From a virus (taxonomy: Duplodnaviria; Caudoviricetes), in IMG/VR virus record IMGVR_UViG_3300024179_000006, positions 1 through 40,703 of that record: a DNA stretch of 40,703 nt. One strand, written 5' to 3'. Below are positions 35,173 through 40,703 of this stretch, one piece after another. Position numbers and translations under genes: made by a program. Under the pieces are notes generated by a model, which saw only the letters and a program-made list of their open reading frames with translations, searched no databases and was not told the origin of the DNA. How positions within the stretch are numbered: position 1 is the stretch's first letter; each line of letters begins with the position of its first letter.

Positions 35173-35647
35173 ACACATGGCGCCACGTCCTACCAGTACA
35201 GACGCACCACGCGGTCATCTCGCTCACCGCATGCTCTCTCGCCAGTACGGCGAGTGGAGTGCCCGCGGCGCGACGCGCCCGCATTTCGACGACAGCCGCA
35301 GCCGTCAGCTTCGACCGGCTGGCGGCTTCACCGCGTGGGCGGTCTCCAGCGCGGCCCTTGGCGATCATGTCAGCGACGTTGTCGAGCTGCGTTCCGATCC
35401 GGAGGTGCGCCGGGTTGCAGCACGGCGGGTTATCGCACGAGTGCAGGATATGCATCCCTCGGGGAATGTCGGCTGCATTCGAGAGCGACCACGCCACGCG
35501 GTGTGCAAGCGTTTGCTGTCCCGGTTTTCTTCCGGTCGCAAACAGGCCATAGCCGCCGCGCAGACGCCCACGCTTCCACAACCAGCAGTCGTCGGGGCCG
35601 CGCACGTCGACCTTGCTCCAAAACCGTGTGATTCTTGCTTCATCCAT
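35153..35647 (-). CDS. HNH homing endonuclease (HNH_3 type) with C-terminal HTH
   Basis: RFWSKV...CWLW...GYG...AHRVAW...LHSCDNPPCCNPAHL..GT..DN; GGAGG RBS; antisense to the structural operon. Confidence 0.9.
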   Translation of the reverse strand: MDEARITRFWSKVDVRGPDDCWLWKRGRLRGGYGLFATGRKPGQQTLAHRVAWSLSNAADIPRGMHILHSCDNPPCCNPAHLRIGTQLDNVADMIAKGRAGDRPRGEAASRSKLTAAAVVEMRARRAAGTPLAVLAREHAVSEMTAWCVCTGRTWRHVSMMRNC

Positions 35648-35670
35648 GGGACCAATCCTCCTGTGGGTCA

Positions 35671-35710
35671 GGCCCGAGCGTGTGAGAGCGCGTCGGGCCG
35701 TTCCATTTTA
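35671..35710 (-). promoter_or_regulatory. -10 box and 5'-leader hairpin of the HNH gene
   Basis: Minus-strand TAAAAT (35705-35710) followed by GGCCCGA-N15-TCGGGCC (35671-35699). Confidence 0.5.
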
Positions 35711-35732
35711 ACTCAGAGAGTGGGTTAGAGCC

Positions 35733-36251
35733 ATGGGAACCGTGTACATGCCGATCGCGGTCGAGTCCGCGCGCGTAAAGAGCACGAACACTCCCGAGCT
35801 GGTGAACATCGCCGGCACGAACTTCCCGATCGGCGGCTACGCGATGGACGCTGCCGCTCGGGAAGACTTGTACTTTCAGACCGTGCTGCCGCTGTTCGGC
35901 GCCAGCAACACCACGCTCGTCTGCAACATCTACTGGTACTCACGCACGGGTCAGACAACGGGCAATGCGGTGTTCGGTGCTGCCGTGGCGGCAGTGACGG
36001 CTGGCGATGCGGTGAGCATGGAGGCGAAGGCCTTCGCGACCGCCACGAGCGCAAGCGCAACCACGGTCAACGGCACGGCGAAAGGCTTGACCAAGACAAC
36101 CGTCACCATCGCGAACCTCGATTCGTTGGCGACGGCTGCGCCTTGGGATGAGCTCGAGCTCGACGTGTTTCGCGACGGCGCGAGCGGCTCCGACACGCTG
36201 ACTGGTGACGCCATCATCACGGCCATCTACCTCGAATACTCAGACAGCTGA
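35733..36251 (+). CDS. Virion-associated beta-sandwich protein
   Basis: T/A-rich, RD...DTL.GDA motif; within tail accessory module. Confidence 0.65.
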   Translation: MGTVYMPIAVESARVKSTNTPELVNIAGTNFPIGGYAMDAAAREDLYFQTVLPLFGASNTTLVCNIYWYSRTGQTTGNAVFGAAVAAVTAGDAVSMEAKAFATATSASATTVNGTAKGLTKTTVTIANLDSLATAAPWDELELDVFRDGASGSDTLTGDAIITAIYLEYSDS

Positions 36252-36254
36252 CGT

Positions 36255-37403
36255 ATGAGCGTCCTCTACGCAAACGGCACGGCATCGCAACTTGTGCCGT
36301 GGAGTGGCCCGACGATTGCATCGGGTAACTTCACGTTCGCGATGCGTGTCTATGCGACCGCCGCCACGCTACTTAGCGACCAGGAGATGTGCTTCTTGGA
36401 CACGTCTGGCGGCGCAACTGCCACGATGTTCATCGACGACCATGGCGGCGCTGGACCACGCAACTGGGCATCACTCGTCACGGACGATGCGCACAGCATC
36501 TTCTCGGAAGCCTCTGACCCGAGCACTCTCTCGCTGAGTACCTGGTACCACCTGGCGATGACGTGGGATGGGACGTCGAACCGTCTCTACGTCAATGGCG
36601 CACTCGTCAACACCAATACACCCGCGGCGCTGACGCGTGCCGGCAACTGGCTGAACTGGGCAGCGCCTTCGAACTTTCAAGGCGCTATGCAAGACGTTGT
36701 CACGTACAACGCTGCGCTCACCGCCGACGAAATCATGCAGCTGTATCGCGCGCGCATGCCATTGCGCCGCGCCAATCTCGTGAAGTGGGAGCCGCGGTTC
36801 ACCAACCCTGGTACGGACGACTTGTCCGGCATCGGCGTGAGCTCCGCCATCAGCGGCACCGCCCCCACCGCGGGCAACGACCTGGCGGCGATCCCCTGGG
36901 GCGTAGGCATCTCGCCGCAGGCGTTCCGGCTCGCACCGCTGACGGCTGTCACGGCGCACGGCGACCAGCTCGAGACAGGCGCGGTCACGGTCGGGCTGGG
37001 CAAGGACGTTGGCTCCAGCGGTTCGCAGCTCGAGACGGGGCTAGTAACGGCGGGGCTCACGAAGGACGTCGGTACAGCGACCGGCAGCGGGCTGCAAACC
37101 GGCATCGTGAACGTCACGGGCGGCTCGGTGTTCCTGAATGGCGCGGCCAGTGGCTCACAGCTGCAGACCGGCGCAGTCGCGGTGACGCTAACCAAGGACG
37201 CGTCGGCGGCCGGCAGCCAGCTTCAGACGGCGACCGTGGCCACGACCGAGACCGCGCAGGTGGTCGCCAGCGGCAACCAGACCGAGAACGGCTTCGTGTC
37301 GGTAACGGGCGGCACGTCGGGCTCAGTCGTCGGCGGTCAGAACGGGGGGCAAGGACGTCGCTTCGGTAACCGGCTGATGCCGGGTCTCATGCGTCGAGGT
37401 TGA
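36255..37403 (+). CDS. LamG/concanavalin A-like domain protein with C-terminal ~20-aa repeats
   Basis: WYHLAMTWDG...LYVNG...F.G.M.DV..YN.ALT.DEI..LY is the LamG_3 signature; GSQL(E/Q)TG repeats. Confidence 0.8.
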   Translation: MSVLYANGTASQLVPWSGPTIASGNFTFAMRVYATAATLLSDQEMCFLDTSGGATATMFIDDHGGAGPRNWASLVTDDAHSIFSEASDPSTLSLSTWYHLAMTWDGTSNRLYVNGALVNTNTPAALTRAGNWLNWAAPSNFQGAMQDVVTYNAALTADEIMQLYRARMPLRRANLVKWEPRFTNPGTDDLSGIGVSSAISGTAPTAGNDLAAIPWGVGISPQAFRLAPLTAVTAHGDQLETGAVTVGLGKDVGSSGSQLETGLVTAGLTKDVGTATGSGLQTGIVNVTGGSVFLNGAASGSQLQTGAVAVTLTKDASAAGSQLQTATVATTETAQVVASGNQTENGFVSVTGGTSGSVVGGQNGGQGRRFGNRLMPGLMRRG

Positions 37404-37405
37404 AG

Positions 37406-37708
37406 ATGACACCAGCGGTACAGAAGACACTGCTTCGCGCGATCGGCACGGTCCTCAGCACCATCGGGACGGCGCTCGTAGGCGTTCCAGAGACGGTGCC
37501 TTGGTGTGCTGCCTACCACGTCGCGGGCGCCCTGCTGGCGTCAGTCGGCGGCCTCATGGTGGGCAAGAGCGACCAGGCCCCTGGCGACGTCAATCCGAAG
37601 AACATCGACAGCATCCTGCAGGGCGCGCGCAAGGCGCTCGGCTCTGATGTGGTGCTGAAAATCACCAGCATCGCACCGCCGAAACCTCCCCCGGTGTCGG
37701 GGCGCTGA
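37406..37708 (+). CDS. Holin-like two-TM membrane protein
   Basis: Two hydrophobic helices, charged tail, at end of late operon. Confidence 0.5.
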   Translation: MTPAVQKTLLRAIGTVLSTIGTALVGVPETVPWCAAYHVAGALLASVGGLMVGKSDQAPGDVNPKNIDSILQGARKALGSDVVLKITSIAPPKPPPVSGR

Positions 37709-37998
37709 TGGACCAGCGCGATGTCGTCCACGAGGCGAACGCCATCCTCGACCGGGTGAGCCGCAACCTCGTGCGCATCCTCATCATCGCCGGCATCCGC
37801 GTCGAGCCGGCGACCATCGAGAAGATTCGCGGCATCGCCTCGAGCGCGATCGCAGAGGGCATCGCGCTGGGTGAGCGTTATGCGCGCTGGCACCGCGGCA
37901 GCCCGCCTACGCGCATCGAGGAGCGCGACGAGGACGTGCACGATACGAGGCCCGGCTGGAAGTCTAAGTTCCCTCCGAAGCCTTCAGACGAAGGGTGA
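37708..37998 (+). CDS. Hypothetical protein
   Basis: TGATG overlap; last + strand gene. Confidence 0.55.
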   Translation: MDQRDVVHEANAILDRVSRNLVRILIIAGIRVEPATIEKIRGIASSAIAEGIALGERYARWHRGSPPTRIEERDEDVHDTRPGWKSKFPPKPSDEG

Positions 37999-38161
37999 TG
38001 ACAATCGGTTGCACGCGGAGTGGGCACGCCTGCGGCACATCGTCCTTGCTCCACTCGCAATAGGCATTGTCTCGTACATGCCAAGCTGGGTGATTGCACT
38101 CGCCTTCGGAATTGTCGCGCAGCAGGCACCCGGAACTCGACGTCGTGTAGTCCTCGGTCAC
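37964..38161 (-). CDS. Small Cys-rich protein (CxHP...PxxCPL)
   Basis: GAGGTG RBS before GTG; motif shared with 18181..18429. Confidence 0.55.
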   Translation of the reverse strand: MTEDYTTSSSGCLLRDNSEGECNHPAWHVRDNAYCEWSKDDVPQACPLRVQPIVITLRLKASEGT

Positions 38162-38180
38162 GTTTCACCTCGAAGGAATA

Positions 38181-38250
38181 GGCAGCGCGCGTTGCTCAAC
38201 ACCGACGTGTTACGCGCGCTGCCATGCGATTCGCCACCATGGCCGATCGC
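38181..38250. other. Tandem intergenic hairpins
   Basis: GGCAGCGCGCGT/ACGCGCGCTGCC 12-bp perfect stem with inner AACAC/GTGTT; second weaker hairpin GCGAT...ATCGC. Confidence 0.55.
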
Positions 38251-38255
38251 GAAGT

Positions 38256-38597
38256 CTACCTGAGCGGCGGCACCCGGCTTGCGCGGACGGCGTCAGCGGC
38301 ATCGGCGACAGATGTCCAGCAGTCACCAGCGTCAACGCTCTCGCGCACGGCTGCCAACAGCGCATCCACCGCCTCGGTGCTGTAGTGGGGCGGGCGTAGA
38401 CACACCGCCAACTCCTTACGCAGCTGCTTGGCGTCAATCTTGTGCAGCGTTACCAGTTCGGTCTGCGCCGCCAACTCCTCCCGAAGCGCGACCACCTCGC
38501 CGGCGAGCACGCGCTCCCATTGGTCGGTGACGTGGTCCACGTCGTCGGTGACCACGCGCAGCGCCTCATCGACGTCCTCTTTGGTCGGCCTAGTCAT
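38256..38597 (-). CDS. Hypothetical protein (paralogue of 2051..2245)
   Basis: ATGA coupled; MTRPTKEDVDEA...LAGEVVALREEL. Confidence 0.65.
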   Translation of the reverse strand: MTRPTKEDVDEALRVVTDDVDHVTDQWERVLAGEVVALREELAAQTELVTLHKIDAKQLRKELAVCLRPPHYSTEAVDALLAAVRESVDAGDCWTSVADAADAVRASRVPPLR

Positions 38598-38854
38598 TCG
38601 CCCAGCGCTTTCTTGATGGCTTCGCGCCACTCGGCGTCAGCAACGTCGCCCTGTGCCGTGGGTCTCCCCTTCATGCCTGGCGCGCCCTTGGATGTCAGCA
38701 GCGCCCGCACGCGCTCGATGGTGGCTCGCGCGGCCTGCAGTTCGTTCCAGAGGTGTGGCGAGACACGCGCATAGCCATGCGTCGAGACCGACCCAGTGTC
38801 TTCGGGTGGCCTCTCGCTGTGCCACGAAACGTAAACCTTCGGGGTCTTGTCCAT
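38594..38854 (-). CDS. Hypothetical protein
   Basis: First gene beyond attP on the minus strand; purine-rich RBS. Confidence 0.6.
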   Translation of the reverse strand: MDKTPKVYVSWHSERPPEDTGSVSTHGYARVSPHLWNELQAARATIERVRALLTSKGAPGMKGRPTAQGDVADAEWREAIKKALGE

Positions 38855-38872
38855 GCGCCCTACCTTCCAATC

Positions 38873-39063
38873 GGGAACAAAGTGGAACCACGCGTCTAAC
38901 TACACGAAGTCTTTGGAGTGCTGCTATGGCTCCGGAGGCCAGCGCTCTATCCAGCTGAGCTAATCGCGCAAGGCCTCTCAACTAACAGTAACCGTTTCGG
39001 TTTTCAACAAATCTGCAGACCTGCGAAGCCGCTCCGCGCGGACCGCGTTCCACTTATTTTCCC
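38873..39063. other. attP region: tRNA-derived core flanked by inverted arm-type sites
   Basis: GGGAACAAAGTGGAAC (38873-38888) and GTTCCACTTATTTTCCC (39047-39063) are inverted (9-bp perfect core) around the tRNA fragment, near the integrase. Confidence 0.7.
38927..38969 (-). pseudogene. 5' half of tRNA-Arg(CCG) (att core)
   Basis: Minus strand GCGCGATTAGCTCAGCTGGATAGAGCGCTGGCCTCCGGAGCCA = 5' acceptor strand, D-arm, anticodon arm (CCG); no T-arm or 3' acceptor strand follows. Confidence 0.85.
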
Positions 39064-39430
39064 TAATGACGCTCGGTCTCCGGCGGTTCTGCGCCTGCTC
39101 TTTGCGCGTCGCCCAGCGCACGTTTCCAGGCTCGTAGTTGCCATCGTTGTTGATGCGATCGAGCGTTTGCTGCGGCGTCGGCCGCGGCCCGACGTGCTCT
39201 AGAAACGCACGTGCGCCATCCATGCCGCGCCACCCTTCGAAGAAGGTGATTCCGCGGGCACCGTAGTACTTGAACACATTCTTCTTGCGGTTCTCGCAAC
39301 GCTGACGCGCTTGGCTTAGGACCTGGCAGACACGGTCAATCTCCGTGGGCGGTCGGCGCTTCTGCCTCGGCGCAGGAGGCGGCTGGTGCTTCTTGCGACA
39401 GATACTGCATCGGCAAGTCTTCTCGGTCAT
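38978..39430 (-). CDS. HNH-like endonuclease (YGGRGI / DRIDNDGNYEPGN family)
   Basis: QRC.N...YYGARGI...F...VGPRP...LDRINNDGNYEPGNVRWAT..Q..NRR; ATGA coupled to integrase stop. Confidence 0.85.
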   Translation of the reverse strand: MTEKTCRCSICRKKHQPPPAPRQKRRPPTEIDRVCQVLSQARQRCENRKKNVFKYYGARGITFFEGWRGMDGARAFLEHVGPRPTPQQTLDRINNDGNYEPGNVRWATRKEQAQNRRRPSVIRENKWNAVRAERLRRSADLLKTETVTVS

Positions 39431-40575
39431 CGTCGATCCTCCATCTCCCGCACCCTCGCCTGCAGCGAGCCAGGCGCGAGGTGCGCGTAGCGTTGCGTTG
39501 TCTGAATGTCCGCATGTCCGAGCCAGTCGCGCACCTCGAGCAGCGAGAGCGCCATGCCCCACGTGCCCATGACCAGGTGCGAGCCGCACGTGTGCCGCAG
39601 GTCGTGGAAGCGCACGTGCTTTGGGCAGCCGACCTTCGCGCGCCACTGCGTCGCCCAGTTGGCGTCGTAGCCGCGCGAGTGGTGGCCGGTCTTCGTGTGC
39701 TTGCCGCCGCCGTCAGCCGGGAACACCAGGCCGTGCGCCTTCGTAGCGCCTCCGTGTCGCCTCCAAGCATCGAGCGCAGCGCGCAGCGGCGGCAGCATCG
39801 GCACGGGCCTGTGAGAGCTCTCAGCCTTCACCGCGAGGGCCAAGTCAAACCGCACGTTGATGTGGTTGTCCTTGATGTCCTTCCAGCGCAGTCCCCAAAT
39901 CTCGCCCTGGCGTAGGCCACCGTAGATGGCGACTGCGTAGGCGGCGCGGTAGAAGTCCGCGCGCTTGGCCTTCTCGATCTTGGCGAACAGCGTTCGAATC
40001 TCGCTCGGCTGCAGGAACGTCCACTCGTCTTCCTCCTCGCGCGGGCGCGCCATCTTCGGGATGCGCGAGTCACGCACGGGATTGAGCGCCACCTTCCCGC
40101 GCCGCAGCGCGTCGGCGAAGATGTCGCCCATCAGGCGACGCGCGTGCTTGAGCGTGTCCTTCGAGATGAGTCTGCCGGCGGGGATGTTCTTGCAGACCCA
40201 GACGCCATCGACCTTGCGGCGGTCGGTGCGCAGCGCCTCGGTCTGCGACAGCTTGGTGATCCAATCGTCGACGTCGACCGGGCGCACGCGGCGCATCGGC
40301 CAGTCCGCGAACTTCGCTGTCAGGATGTGGCAGCGGAGCACGCTTCGCTCGCCCTGGATGTCGCGGATGTCGCCGGCGAGCTCGCGCGCATCCATCCAGG
40401 CATTGGCGTAGATGCGCAGGACGTCGGGCTCTTTGCCATCGCTAAGAGCCTGCGCTGCCTTGATGGCGTCGCGCGCCTCCTGCTCGCTTGCCCAGCTGCC
40501 GAGGTATTCGCCTCGCAGCCGAGCAACGCACTTGCCCCGCTGCCACTTGATCGTGCCTGTTGCCTCACGCGCCAT
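39427..40575 (-). CDS. int: Tyrosine integrase
   Basis: GLRQGEI (R), HDLRH (H-x-x-R), LGH, RY (Y); short N-terminal arm-binding-like domain. Confidence 0.95.
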   Translation of the reverse strand: MAREATGTIKWQRGKCVARLRGEYLGSWASEQEARDAIKAAQALSDGKEPDVLRIYANAWMDARELAGDIRDIQGERSVLRCHILTAKFADWPMRRVRPVDVDDWITKLSQTEALRTDRRKVDGVWVCKNIPAGRLISKDTLKHARRLMGDIFADALRRGKVALNPVRDSRIPKMARPREEEDEWTFLQPSEIRTLFAKIEKAKRADFYRAAYAVAIYGGLRQGEIWGLRWKDIKDNHINVRFDLALAVKAESSHRPVPMLPPLRAALDAWRRHGGATKAHGLVFPADGGGKHTKTGHHSRGYDANWATQWRAKVGCPKHVRFHDLRHTCGSHLVMGTWGMALSLLEVRDWLGHADIQTTQRYAHLAPGSLQARVREMEDRR

Positions 40576-40703
40576 GAGCGTGCCCTCTCCTGCGGCGCAG
40601 AGCCGCGACCCGCGCGAACGCCTCGGGCGGTGGCGCCCGGTCTACCACAGGCTTGGGCGCGTTCTCAGCTTCCGCGCGCAGCTTCTTGATGCGCTCGCCC
40701 ATG
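40565..40703 (-). CDS. 3' part of the 58-aa junction-spanning ORF
   Basis: (I)MGERIKKLRAEAENAPKPVVDRAPPPEAFARVAALRRRRGHAHGA*, stop overlaps integrase start by 11 bp. Confidence 0.65.
   Translation of the reverse strand, partial: MGERIKKLRAEAENAPKPVVDRAPPPEAFARVAALRRRRGHAHGA

Larger units (their letters stand above)
1..40703. mobile_element. Complete temperate phage genome (podovirus-like), circularly permuted
   Basis: Integrase, attP, CI/Cro switch, replication, terminase, portal, capsid, tail and lysis genes all present; no host housekeeping genes; one ORF reads in frame across the end/start junction. Confidence 0.9.

Noticed and set aside
38890-38969. Complete phage-encoded tRNA-Arg
   Set aside because: After the anticodon stem there is no GGTTCGA T-loop and no 3' strand complementary to GCGCGAT; only a 5' fragment is present
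39431-39646. Extended N-terminus of the HNH ORF (ORF-track start 39646)
   Set aside because: Overlaps the integrase catalytic C-terminus; ATGA coupling at 39430 is the more plausible start
1-40703. Stop-codon reassignment
   Set aside because: Core genes are full length under the standard code and TGA, TAG and TAA all terminate coupled genes

Overview
The window is most simply read as a complete, circularly closed ~40.7 kb GC-rich temperate phage genome with podovirus-like (P22/T7-style tail tube plus ejection protein) architecture. A minus-strand ORF reads in frame across the end/start junction. Order: leftward early genes (Bet recombinase, Lar-like zinc finger), an immunity region (lipoprotein, CI-like and Cro-like XRE proteins, five GTTCACA-NN-TGCGAAC-type operators), replication initiator with iterons, DnaB, RusA-like resolvase, TIGR02594-type peptidase, terminase, portal, RyR-domain protein, scaffold, major capsid, adaptor/tail tube, three ejection-type proteins, a GH26/LamG accessory module, two HNH genes, a holin-like gene, attP and a tyrosine integrase. 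The most unusual points are: (i) an attP carrying only the 5' half of tRNA-Arg(CCG) behind an apparent phage-supplied promoter, implying a promoter swap on integration; (ii) two structured non-coding regions (a four-way-junction RNA before the capsid gene and twin long hairpins before the replication gene); (iii) a 14x hendecad N/Q-rich ejection protein; (iv) a likely CTG start codon. The host is not determinable from this sequence; a Myxococcota-like Gram-negative host is only a guess from GC content and the Cys-rich lipoproteins. All product calls are from motif recognition by eye, not database searches.
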